This document shows, piece after piece, positions 1-9,009 of a stretch of DNA of 39,599 nucleotides. The position numbers were made by a program, and so were the translations under genes. The notes below the pieces were generated by a model that had not been told where the DNA came from, did no database searches, and was given only the letters and a program-made list of their open reading frames with translations. Positions within the stretch are counted from its first letter, which is position 1. Every line of letters starts with the position of its first letter. Origin of the DNA: an uncultured archaeon (GTDB lineage Archaea; Altiarchaeota; Altiarchaeia; IMC4; SCGC-AAA252-I15); NCBI GenBank assembly GCA_902384455.1, contig CABMCB010000076.1:1-39599 (forward strand), in the 5' to 3' direction.

Positions 1-285
1 CCAACTACGCCCATACCACAGCAAACCCCCCAAACACCCCCAGAAAAACCACCTGCGGCACCTGCCCCGACAGAACCTGAAAAACAACCCGCCGTACAAA
101 AACTCCCACCCGAAACCCGCCCAGGAAAAGCAATTACCCCCCCAACCCCAGCACCCTCACCCACAAAAACGACGCCAGACACGACAACCCCCTTCAAACC
201 CACAAAAACAGACGTACCCGCAAGCAGCTTCAAAAAACCAACCGGCTCACTAAAACTAAAAACAAAACGCCGACGAAATGTATAG
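1..285 (+). CDS. 3' end of a Pro/Thr-rich low-complexity protein (partial, starts before the window)
   Basis: Frame 1 is open from base 1 (PTTPIPQQTPQTPPEKPPAAPAP...KLKTKRRRNV) to TAG at 283-285, overlapping the rnhB start. Confidence 0.65.
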   Translation, partial: PTTPIPQQTPQTPPEKPPAAPAPTEPEKQPAVQKLPPETRPGKAITPPTPAPSPTKTTPDTTTPFKPTKTDVPASSFKKPTGSLKLKTKRRRNV

Positions 286-949
286 CCTCAAAAGAGTAGG
301 GGGAGGCGACGAAGCAGGACGAGCCGCAGTCATAGGGCCGCTTGTTCTAGCAATCGCAGTCTACGACGACGAAGGACGAAAAACAATAAAAGAACTCGGC
401 GTCCGCGACAGCAAACAACTATCCCCCAGACAAAGAGAAGAACTCGAACCCCACATAAAAAAAGCGGCCGTAGAATGGGAGGTAATGACCGTATCCGCTT
501 CTGACATAGACCGCAGACGATTAATAGAAAGCCTGAACGCAATGGAAGCACGCGACACAGTCGCATTAATAGGCCAGCTAAAAAGCCACCCCGACTCCAT
601 AATAATCGACGCAACAGACAGCATAGCGGAAAACTACCGCCACCGCATCCTACACCTGCTTGCAGAAACAAACGTCAAACACCAACCAACCCGCATAATA
701 GCCGAACACAAAGCAGACGCAAACTACCTCGAAGTATCAGCCGCAAGCGTCATAGCCAAGGTGGAACGCGACCGCGCAATAAAAGAGCTGGCGAAACAGT
801 ACGGAGACATAGGAAGCGGATACCCCGCGGACGAAAAAACAATCGCCTTCCTAAAACAACTTAAGGCGAAAGGCGAATACCCACCTTTTGTCCGAAAAAG
901 CTGGGAAACAATAGAAAAAATAAAGCAGACCGCCCTCTCAGACTTCTAA
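278..949 (+). CDS. rnhB: Ribonuclease HII
   Basis: DEAGR..VIGPL, VRDSKQL, KAD..Y.EVSAAS.IAKV.RD and GSGYP.D motifs. Confidence 0.96.
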   Translation: MYSLKRVGGGDEAGRAAVIGPLVLAIAVYDDEGRKTIKELGVRDSKQLSPRQREELEPHIKKAAVEWEVMTVSASDIDRRRLIESLNAMEARDTVALIGQLKSHPDSIIIDATDSIAENYRHRILHLLAETNVKHQPTRIIAEHKADANYLEVSAASVIAKVERDRAIKELAKQYGDIGSGYPADEKTIAFLKQLKAKGEYPPFVRKSWETIEKIKQTALSDF

Positions 950-1020
950 CCCAAAAACCCCAAACAGTAATGGTTTTTAAAGGATAACCGCACTATACTT
1001 AGAATATTCGCAATCTCAAA

Positions 1021-1563
1021 ATGGGCTTAAGACCAGCGAAATGCTACCGGTGGGACAGTCCCGCATACACTAGGACTAGTAAGAACCCTGGAGACAGCTT
1101 CATAACCGGAATACCCGGAAGCAAGCTAATCCACTACAACATGGGCAACGTAGCCGCAGCAGACACATTCGACACCGTCATATCAATAGTGCCCAACGGA
1201 AACATCATCCTGCGCCACAACGCGCTAGAAGCAGCCCGCATATTCGTCCAAAAAGCCATCGAAAAGAAGCTCGGAGTCTCAAACTACTTCTTCAAAGTAC
1301 GAGTCTTCCCCCACCACGTCATACGAGAAAACGTAATGGCCACAGGAGCAGGAGCAGACAGAGTCCAAAGCGGAATGCGCCAAGCATTCGGAAAACCAAT
1401 GGGACGAGCCGCCCGAATACGCACAGGACAACCCATATTCTCAATCTACTTCAACAACGATGAAACCCGCCTAACAATAATCAAAGGCGCAGTCAAAAAC
1501 GCAATCAAAAAACTACCCGGCGACCTAACAATCACGCTACAACCAAGCGAACGCAAAAAATGA
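1021..1563 (+). CDS. rpl10e: 50S ribosomal protein L10e (uL16)
   Basis: RPAKCYR N-terminus, ALEAARI, FPHHVIREN.MATGAGADR..GMR.AFGKP. Confidence 0.97.
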   Translation: MGLRPAKCYRWDSPAYTRTSKNPGDSFITGIPGSKLIHYNMGNVAAADTFDTVISIVPNGNIILRHNALEAARIFVQKAIEKKLGVSNYFFKVRVFPHHVIRENVMATGAGADRVQSGMRQAFGKPMGRAARIRTGQPIFSIYFNNDETRLTIIKGAVKNAIKKLPGDLTITLQPSERKK

Positions 1564-1844
1564 GCGACAAACCAGCCAAACTAAACGTAGCCGCAACAAT
1601 CCGAGTTCTACCAGACGCCGTAGAAACAGACCTAGACGCAATAACAAAAAAAATCGCCGAAATCACAGCCCCATACGGCCGCGTACACAGCTCGGAAAAA
1701 AAGCCCATCGCATTCGGACTCAAAAGCCTTGACGTAGTACTGCTTCTGGCCGACAAAAAAGGCGGAATAGACGAGATAACCGAGAAAGTCAAGGAAATGC
1801 CGGGAGTAAGCGAAGTAGACGTCATAGACGTCAACCTCGTATAA
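1560..1844 (+). CDS. ef1b: Archaeal translation elongation factor 1-beta
   Basis: 94 aa with P....DLD, PIAFGLK.L and GV..V.V motifs; ATGA overlap with rpl10e. Confidence 0.93.
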   Translation: MSDKPAKLNVAATIRVLPDAVETDLDAITKKIAEITAPYGRVHSSEKKPIAFGLKSLDVVLLLADKKGGIDEITEKVKEMPGVSEVDVIDVNLV

Positions 1845-1850
1845 GCCCCT

Positions 1851-2999
1851 TTATTCTTGTTTGCGCCCCGAAATCCTAAGCGCAAAACCCACCACCTGCT
1901 CGGCCGCAATACCCCCTAAATCCCGCCCCCCAAGGCTCAGTCCGACGAAAGGCACAGCAGTAATCTCGTTCACGTAAAAATTCCCCTGCTTATCCAAAAG
2001 ACCATCCACCGCAACCTGCCCGAAAGAACCAAGTAAAGTCTGAATCTCATCAACAACCATATTCGCCCCCAAAAAAACATTACCCGACGCCTTCGCCCTC
2101 AAAAAAGCGTCATCCCCAAAAGCATCCAAAACCCTATCCAAAACAACCTCATCACCACCTCGCGCCGCATTAGACACAATCTTGCCCTCAGCACCCAACC
2201 GACCAAACGCCGCAAGAACATTCACTCGGCCTTCACCATCCCTCTGATAAAGAACCCTCACGTCAGGAGTCCTACCGTCAACTGTAGCGACATCAATAGC
2301 CTGCTGCACAATATACTCCTCTCCCTCAACAGCCGAAACATTCATGGCATGTTCGACAGCTTCACCAAGCCTGTCTTGCGAAAACCTCCATGACTCACGC
2401 CGGTACCTGACTTCAAAACCCTCGTCAGTCCTACGGATTCCAGCCACACCAACGCCCCTCTGCCCGAAACGCGGCTTAAGAACGACTGAACCATACTTAT
2501 CCATCAAATCGCCAACAGCATCCAAAGAAAAAGGCAAAGTCTCAGCAACCCGCACATCACCCTCCGACCCCAAACCAATGCCCGCCAAAAAACTGTAGAC
2601 CCTAAGTTTGTCCCAACTAAGCTCCCTCAAAGGAAGAGGATTAACAAACGGCCTCCTTTCCGCAAGCTCGCGTTCCACAGCCATAAGCGTTGACCTAACC
2701 ACCGGATTAGGGTGCCTTCCTCCCGTCATCCTGTCATAAAATACGTCCGGCAAATCCAACTCCCTCCGCCGCCACTTACCTTCATCATCAAGAACATACC
2801 CCTGAGCCTTCCCAGCTCTAACGTCCAACTCCATAGGAGAAATAACGGCGACTTCAGCGTCGGCATTACGGGCCGCAGCCGCCAGCTTACGATAATACGA
2901 ATCAGCCACCCCAAAATCAGCCTCCCCCCCATCCAGTCTACCTACCATCCCCTTCTCCTGCTGGGACCTGTCTAAAACGCCAATCCTAACCTTCATCAT
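1851..2999 (-). CDS. ATP-grasp protein, YheC/YheD-like
   Basis: LPDVFYDR, DK..VY, VVLKP..G..G.GV, YIVQQAI, DVRVL.Q, SNAARGG, D.LLD..G.FY.NEI. Confidence 0.8.
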   Translation of the reverse strand: MMKVRIGVLDRSQQEKGMVGRLDGGEADFGVADSYYRKLAAAARNADAEVAVISPMELDVRAGKAQGYVLDDEGKWRRRELDLPDVFYDRMTGGRHPNPVVRSTLMAVERELAERRPFVNPLPLRELSWDKLRVYSFLAGIGLGSEGDVRVAETLPFSLDAVGDLMDKYGSVVLKPRFGQRGVGVAGIRRTDEGFEVRYRRESWRFSQDRLGEAVEHAMNVSAVEGEEYIVQQAIDVATVDGRTPDVRVLYQRDGEGRVNVLAAFGRLGAEGKIVSNAARGGDEVVLDRVLDAFGDDAFLRAKASGNVFLGANMVVDEIQTLLGSFGQVAVDGLLDKQGNFYVNEITAVPFVGLSLGGRDLGGIAAEQVVGFALRISGRKQE

Positions 3000-3033
3000 T
3001 ACCTACCCAAAGTCTAAGGATAAAAGCAGCCAC

Positions 3034-3678
3034 CTAAAGAAGCAGCATGACGACTGCGATAGCAATCATCAAAAGATGCCTGCCCCGATTCCACCGGCCT
3101 ACTGCGGTACCATCTCCCAAAGGCGCTGGAAGCAAAGTCATAAGAGCCAGACTGGCGTTCACAGACACGAAAACGTCAGCCGGATCCCTAACGAGAGTAA
3201 GAGGCGTAAGATAAAAAATAAGGAAGATGCCCGCCAAAAACAGATTCGCGGCAGCACCAGCAGCAGCAACTTCGCCAATAAGATTACCCTCCGCCTCATG
3301 GCGAAGCCGCACCCTACCAACCGCAGCAGCGACAAAACCATACGGAAGAAAACCCGTCAAAGAAGTCAACAACGGAAGAAAAAACAGGCGCTTATCAACC
3401 GTCTGCTCGCTTTCATTATGGTTGTGACGAGCCATATTCTTCTGCCCAGCCTCCTTAAACAGAAGCCCCATAAAAACCGCAAACACAACACAAACAACAG
3501 TGGCAATAGTACCAACATCAACCGACCCATGAGTAAAAAAAACAACAAACGCCACCGCCAAAACCAAACCCGCCTCCATCAAATCCCGGCGCTCAACGTC
3601 ACTAAACTCCCGACTATCCAAACTAATATTCACGCCGCGATGATCACCCTCATACACATTAACATCTTTCAGGCCCAT
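3034..3678 (-). CDS. Membrane protein of the archaeal M50 (site-2 protease)-like fold, lacking HExxH
   Basis: FS..E.RDL N-terminus, multiple TM helices, G.VAAAG.AAN, N..LA..LLP...GDG; the HExxH position reads KEAGQ. Confidence 0.7.
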   Translation of the reverse strand: MGLKDVNVYEGDHRGVNISLDSREFSDVERRDLMEAGLVLAVAFVVFFTHGSVDVGTIATVVCVVFAVFMGLLFKEAGQKNMARHNHNESEQTVDKRLFFLPLLTSLTGFLPYGFVAAAVGRVRLRHEAEGNLIGEVAAAGAAANLFLAGIFLIFYLTPLTLVRDPADVFVSVNASLALMTLLPAPLGDGTAVGRWNRGRHLLMIAIAVVMLLL

Positions 3679-3680
3679 AC

Positions 3681-4811
3681 TTAAGAACCACCACCCCCAC
3701 CAAGCAAACGACGAATATCCCCAACATCAAAACGAGGAATAAGACGACGAGTACGGCCGTGAACACCTTCGACGTATAATGCGTCTATGATGCGCAGATG
3801 CTCAAGCTTCTTCACCAGCTCATTGTACTTTTTGATTCCAACACCTGTTTTCCTCCGGTACACCTCGTAAACGCGCCCTGAAACAGGATCCTTAAGCTCC
3901 GCTATAGTCAAAAGCAGAGCCTTATCCTCATCCGACAACGCAGAAAGAACAGAAGAAAGCTCCGCAGCAGAATCCTGCCGCGAAGCCGAAGCATAAACAT
4001 GCTTTTCTGTCACGGCCTTAACCGCCTCCTTTTCGGCTTCATAAACCGCCTGCCTCATAAGTTGGATTCCGAAACGCAAATCTCCCCGCTTCACCGTCTC
4101 AGCGACGACTGCGTCCAAAGCGCCTTCGGAAAATACGTCCGCATACAAACCGTACCTCACCCTGTCTTTGAGTATGTCCCTAAACTCGTCTTCTCCGTAA
4201 GGCGCAAAATGAATGTGCAAGGGATTAAACACGCTCTTGGTCTTGTCGTCCAAGCGGGACAAAGCGCCCGCATCAATCATAATGGCGACTACCCCCACCT
4301 GAGAGTAACCGTAAGTGTCAGACGCCTTAAGCAAATCCACCAAAACCTTGTCTGCATGAGAATTCAACAACAACGCATCAAACTCGTCCAGAAACACGGC
4401 CAAACTCCGTCCGTCTTTAGAAAGCTTCTTGAAAACCTTCTCTTTGACCGATTCCAGAGGTTTTCCGGTGTCCGGCAAATAAACGTCGAAAAGCGCTTCA
4501 TGTATCTTGGCGAAAACAGCGTAAGGTGTAGTGGCGTCTTCGCAGTTGACGTAAACCGGAAGAAGCTTGTGGCTTGTCTCCTTGACTTCTTTGAGCATGA
4601 ACTTCACTGCCGTAGTCTTACCTGTCGCGGGAGGGCCGTAAAGCAGAGTGTTCATCGGCGGCTGACTGCGGAGGCCCGGTTTAATGGATGCTGCCAGTGC
4701 CTTAAGTTGTCCGTCACGGTGTCTGAAGTCTGTTGGAACGTAAGTTGGGGTGAAAACAGACTCGTCTTTGAACAAAGTCTGGTCATCCAGAAGGAGGCTG
4801 CCGCGTTTCAC
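3681..4811 (-). CDS. cdc6: Orc1/Cdc6 replication initiation protein (probable GTG start at 4811)
   Basis: F...YVP....HRD, Walker A GPPATGKT, Walker B FLDEFD, F.PY, GDLR.GI, C-terminal wHTH ending GRTR. Confidence 0.93.
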   Translation of the reverse strand: MKRGSLLLDDQTLFKDESVFTPTYVPTDFRHRDGQLKALAASIKPGLRSQPPMNTLLYGPPATGKTTAVKFMLKEVKETSHKLLPVYVNCEDATTPYAVFAKIHEALFDVYLPDTGKPLESVKEKVFKKLSKDGRSLAVFLDEFDALLLNSHADKVLVDLLKASDTYGYSQVGVVAIMIDAGALSRLDDKTKSVFNPLHIHFAPYGEDEFRDILKDRVRYGLYADVFSEGALDAVVAETVKRGDLRFGIQLMRQAVYEAEKEAVKAVTEKHVYASASRQDSAAELSSVLSALSDEDKALLLTIAELKDPVSGRVYEVYRRKTGVGIKKYNELVKKLEHLRIIDALYVEGVHGRTRRLIPRFDVGDIRRLLGGGGGS

Positions 4812-4854
4812 GTTGATTTCTGTTAGCTTTTTGTTAGGTTGGAAGAAAAAGAGT

Positions 4855-5064
4855 CGGGTATGAGCTTTGGGGGAGGTTTGCACCGCACATGCAACCATCT
4901 CAGCTTGTGGGAACTGAGATTTTGGCATACTTGGCGGCTTTAACGCAGGCAGTCCGCCGCCGCAGGCACCCATGTCGCCCTTTTTGGGTATATTATTTTG
5001 CGGTTTAGGCGGACGTCTGCTTTTTCCCCCGTTGCTCATACCCGGATCCAAGCGGATTATGAGC
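4855..5064. ncRNA. Unidentified structured element (candidate ncRNA or cis-regulatory leader) in the cdc6-ribB divergent intergenic region
   Basis: 11-bp closing stem 4855-4865/5034-5044, GGGGGA/TCCCCC 4869-4874/5025-5030, arm 4945-4958/5008-5020, hairpin 4897-4903/4914-4920; third TATGAGC at 5058-5064. Confidence 0.45.
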
Positions 5065-5236
5065 CCAACCACCCCCTTTACTTGGTTAAGGTTTTCGTTT
5101 GGGCTATAAAAAGGGTTTGCCTAGAGCGCAAGGGAAAAGTGAGAAAAAACCGCAAAAATCTACTCAAAAACAAGTAATAAATCAAAATTGAGTATTTATA
5201 AGGTGTCTTAACCTAAGCCTAACGCCACAAAAAACA

Positions 5237-6383
<1,147 letters not shown>

Positions 6384-6410
6384 AAAACCCAAACGGAGAA
6401 ACCAAAAAAA

Positions 6411-6836
6411 ATGGCATACAAAAACCCAACCCTCGGCATAGTCGCCAGCGAATTCAACTACGACATAACAAACGCAATGGTCGAGTTGGCCAAAGAGCAC
6501 GCCGCATTCCTCGGCTGCCCAGTAACCCACATAGTAAAAGTGCCCGGAGCATACGACATACCGCTCGCAGTCAAAAAACTAATGGAACAAGACGACGTAG
6601 ACGCAGTCGTGACTCTGGGAGCAGTCATAGAAGGCCAAACTGAGCACGACGAAATAGTAATCCAGCATGCCAGCCGAAAGATAATCGACCTATCACTGCA
6701 ATACAACAAACCCGCAGCACTCGGAATAACAGGGCCCGGAATGACACGCCTACAAGCACACAGCAGAATAGACTACGCCAAACGCGCAGTAGAAGCCGCA
6801 GTCAAAACACACAAGGCGCTAAACGAAATACGCTGA
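6411..6836 (+). CDS. ribH: 6,7-dimethyl-8-ribityllumazine synthase
   Basis: GIVASEFN.DIT, VPGAYDIP, LGAVIEG.T.H, LGITGPGM. Confidence 0.96.
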   Translation: MAYKNPTLGIVASEFNYDITNAMVELAKEHAAFLGCPVTHIVKVPGAYDIPLAVKKLMEQDDVDAVVTLGAVIEGQTEHDEIVIQHASRKIIDLSLQYNKPAALGITGPGMTRLQAHSRIDYAKRAVEAAVKTHKALNEIR

Positions 6837-6840
6837 ATTT

Positions 6841-6890
6841 ATAATAGTATGAATACTAATATACTACAGTAATATACATATTTTTATACT
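6841..6890 (+). promoter_or_regulatory. Promoter/operator copy A (palindrome TAGTAT-GA-ATACTA at 6845-6858; TATA box TTTTTATA at 6881-6888)
   Basis: 40/50 ungapped identity to the reverse complement of 7821-7870; TATA box ends 24 nt before ATG 6913. Confidence 0.7.
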
Positions 6891-6912
6891 GGGCTTCCGT
6901 TGTCATTTATTG

Positions 6913-7098
6913 ATGGCAACGGTCTCATTGGACATAAAAGACCTAAAGAAACCAAAAATCACTCTTACGCGAACTTTTGTCAAACAAATGGGCTTGTATG
7001 GGGGTGAAATTGTTTTAATACGAAAATATCGGCGTGAAATATACGTGTCAATTATCACAAAAAAAGGGGGTGACTTGAATGATCATCGGGGCTGGTAA
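6913..7098 (+). CDS. Small AbrB/MazE/SpoVT-like swapped-hairpin protein
   Basis: KITLTRTFVKQMGLYGGEIVLIRKYRREIYVSI fits the AbrB pattern (ITIP....LG...G+.V.+.....I.+); TATA box upstream (TTG 6910 is an alternative start). Confidence 0.55.
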   Translation: MATVSLDIKDLKKPKITLTRTFVKQMGLYGGEIVLIRKYRREIYVSIITKKGGDLNDHRGW

Positions 7099-7237
7099 AG
7101 TAAAACTTAAGAAACGGGGCGGGGAGATTTGGATGCCTGAACTGGTTTTTTACCAGATTAAGGCATTCAATCCGGACGTAATTAAAGTGAACGTAATAAG
7201 CGACGCAAGAATGGTCTTCAACCCACCGTCCTTATGA
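7079..7237 (+). CDS. Second small AbrB-like protein (52 aa, not in the ORF track): MIIGAGKVKLKKRGGEIWMPELVFYQIKAFNPDVIKVNVISDARMVFNPPSL
   Basis: SD GGGGGTGA at 7066-7073, ATG 7079, TGA 7235-7237; KV...GG.I.+P...+...D.+.V.+.....+.P pattern. Confidence 0.5.
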   Translation: MIIGAGKVKLKKRGGEIWMPELVFYQIKAFNPDVIKVNVISDARMVFNPPSL

Positions 7238-7547
7238 GTGCGCAGTCGGGTGTAACTTCAATGAATCGGTGTGCTGTGCCTTCGCTGTAGGCGTTGCATT
7301 GGTTTTCTGGCAGGTTGTCGACTGGCTGCCTTGGGTTGTGGGCGACGTCGCAAACCCAGTCTGGATATTCTTCAATGGGGTCGAGTATGCAGGGGCCGTT
7401 TGTCAGGTTGGCGCTTGATGTGAGGATGTGTTTGCAGTAGTTTATGCATGTTTTGGTGGCGTTATTCTGCTCGTTTTCTGTCTGTTGTCCTATGCATCCG
7501 GCGGCTGCGACGCCTATAAGTACGGCGAGAAATAGGTGTTTCTTCAT
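7218..7547 (-). CDS. Small cysteine-rich lipoprotein
   Basis: Signal peptide with lipobox (MKKHLFLAVLIGVAAAG-C); six further Cys; GPC, WVCDVAHNPR. Confidence 0.8.
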   Translation of the reverse strand: MKKHLFLAVLIGVAAAGCIGQQTENEQNNATKTCINYCKHILTSSANLTNGPCILDPIEEYPDWVCDVAHNPRQPVDNLPENQCNAYSEGTAHRFIEVTPDCALIRTVG

Positions 7548-7554
7548 CTAAAAT

Positions 7555-7575
7555 TATCTTGGGTCAGCCAAGATA
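7555..7575. promoter_or_regulatory. Perfect 8-bp inverted repeat TATCTTGG-N5-CCAAGATA at the lipoprotein promoter (putative operator)
   Basis: Minus strand reads AAAAATGGTTTATATCTTGGCTGACCCAAGATAATTTTAG-ATG. Confidence 0.5.
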
Positions 7576-7674
7576 TAAACCATTTTTCTTATCTGCAAGT
7601 GTGCAGTCAGAGAAAAAAGTATCTCAAATACGGTCGTTTCTATCCAGTGATGGACGTTGCTGGACAGTTTTATC

Positions 7675-7800
7675 CTATCTAGGCTGTTTCCACTCGTCTG
7701 GAAGAATGTTGTAAGGGTCGTAATTCTTCTCTCTTTCCTGCCTTTGTTGACCCCTCTTCTCCACCTCGACGATGTAGTTATGCACGAACGGCCCTCTCAT
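7675..7800 (-). CDS. 41-aa small peptide MRGPFVHNYIVEVEKRGQQRQEREKNYDPYNILPDEWKQPR (not in the ORF track)
   Basis: ATG 7800, TAG 7675-7677; GAGGGG 8 nt upstream; directly downstream of promoter copy B. Confidence 0.55.
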   Translation of the reverse strand: MRGPFVHNYIVEVEKRGQQRQEREKNYDPYNILPDEWKQPR

Positions 7801-7820
7801 GTTATATACCCCTCAACCAG

Positions 7821-7870
7821 AGTATAAAAATATACATACTACTGTATCCAATGAGTATCCATACTATAAT
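7821..7870 (-). promoter_or_regulatory. Promoter/operator copy B (AGTAT-N2-ATACT at 7854-7865; TTTTTATA on the minus strand at 7823-7830)
   Basis: Inverted 80%-identical copy of 6841-6890; lies between the small peptide gene and the divergent regulator. Confidence 0.7.
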
Positions 7871-7927
7871 ATTTTATATAGTTTAATTTCGTAGACTATA
7901 ATACGTATAATATTCTCTCAAAAACCC

Positions 7928-8899
7928 ATGGAGCTCGCAGAACTTGATAGCATAGTTAAGTGGCTGAACATCACTCAGCAGCAGCACGACGTACTCTCCT
8001 GCATCTATGCTCTTGAAGAACAAAAAAGCGAAATCAACCCAAAAAACATTCTTGACGCCTATAAAAAAACTTATAGTAAAAGCATCCAACCGAGCAATCT
8101 TTTTCCATTACTGAAGACTTTGGTGGAACGGGACATTATTATCAAAAAAGAGAAAGCCAACTACGCCCTTAACTCTGAAGGCATTAGAAACCAGCTTCTG
8201 ACCAGCCAACGAATCATGCAAAAAGAACTTGAAGATCAAACCTATGTGATAGACCACATTGACGAATACTTCAAATCAATAGCAAACCACGAAAAACAGC
8301 CAATTCTGAAATACTACTCCTATACAGATGGCTTTGAAAAATTGGCCGAAATACTCAAAAGCTGCAAAAAACACTATTGCACTTCAACGTTCCCGTACAT
8401 AGCGTGGATGCCGACATTAGCCTACCAGCGAGGAGTGGAAGCCTACAACAACGTCCTGTGGGAACGGTGCCTCACGAAGAAAGTGCTCGAGGTGACTTAC
8501 TTGACCCCCTTAGACATGGACCTCCTCTACAGCCGGGCGATGAAAGTGTTTGGTGTCGATAAACTGGCTTACGCAGAGTGCGAGTCCATGTTAAACAAGG
8601 TCGAGGCTCTTTTGGAACGAAATGAAAACCTTGACATAAAATACCTCGAAAACCCAGTAGGTTTCTTCGTAATGATACCCGAAAGGAATAGTCCAACTGA
8701 TGTTTTCATATTCCTTAGGGACGAGAACCGTGAAGTTATAGGTTATATTTACATCAACTCTGAGGACATAGCTTACCAAGCCAAGCAGCAGTTCCTAAGT
8801 GAAAGTAAGCATGCAGTTTCGCTCAGGGATCCAAAAGGTAAAGTAGTCCTAAAGAAAATCCGGAAACAGTTCGCCGAGAAATACGCCCACAGTAAGTGA
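7928..8899 (+). CDS. Winged-helix transcriptional regulator, TrmB-like architecture (wHTH + coiled coil + effector domain)
   Basis: N-terminal wHTH (SNLFPLLKTLVERDIIIK...YAL), helical linker, C-terminal alpha/beta domain ending YINSEDIA...F. Confidence 0.7.
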   Translation: MELAELDSIVKWLNITQQQHDVLSCIYALEEQKSEINPKNILDAYKKTYSKSIQPSNLFPLLKTLVERDIIIKKEKANYALNSEGIRNQLLTSQRIMQKELEDQTYVIDHIDEYFKSIANHEKQPILKYYSYTDGFEKLAEILKSCKKHYCTSTFPYIAWMPTLAYQRGVEAYNNVLWERCLTKKVLEVTYLTPLDMDLLYSRAMKVFGVDKLAYAECESMLNKVEALLERNENLDIKYLENPVGFFVMIPERNSPTDVFIFLRDENREVIGYIYINSEDIAYQAKQQFLSESKHAVSLRDPKGKVVLKKIRKQFAEKYAHSK

Positions 8900-9009
8900 T
8901 TGCTTGTATAATAACGGGGAATTGTGCGGCTCCAACCGGCATTAAATCGTTTTTTAACCCAAACGTGTTAAGATAAGGAAAGTTGGGTCTACATAAGTAG
9001 GGGTCACAG

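Noticed and set aside
4812-5072. 87-aa N-terminal extension of Cdc6 in the ORF track
   Set aside because: Cdc6 similarity starts near 4811; the extension overlaps the structured element and does not look like a folded domain
4812-5236. Replication origin (ORB repeats), FMN riboswitch, RNase P RNA or SRP RNA next to cdc6/ribB
   Set aside because: No canonical TTCCAGTGGAAAC-type ORB repeats and none of the diagnostic RNA motifs were found by eye; an origin is not excluded
7624-7677. Amber read-through extending the 41-aa peptide by DKTVQQRPSLDRNDRI
   Set aside because: TAG is an ordinary stop in other genes here (e.g. 10373-11311, metG); no evidence for recoding
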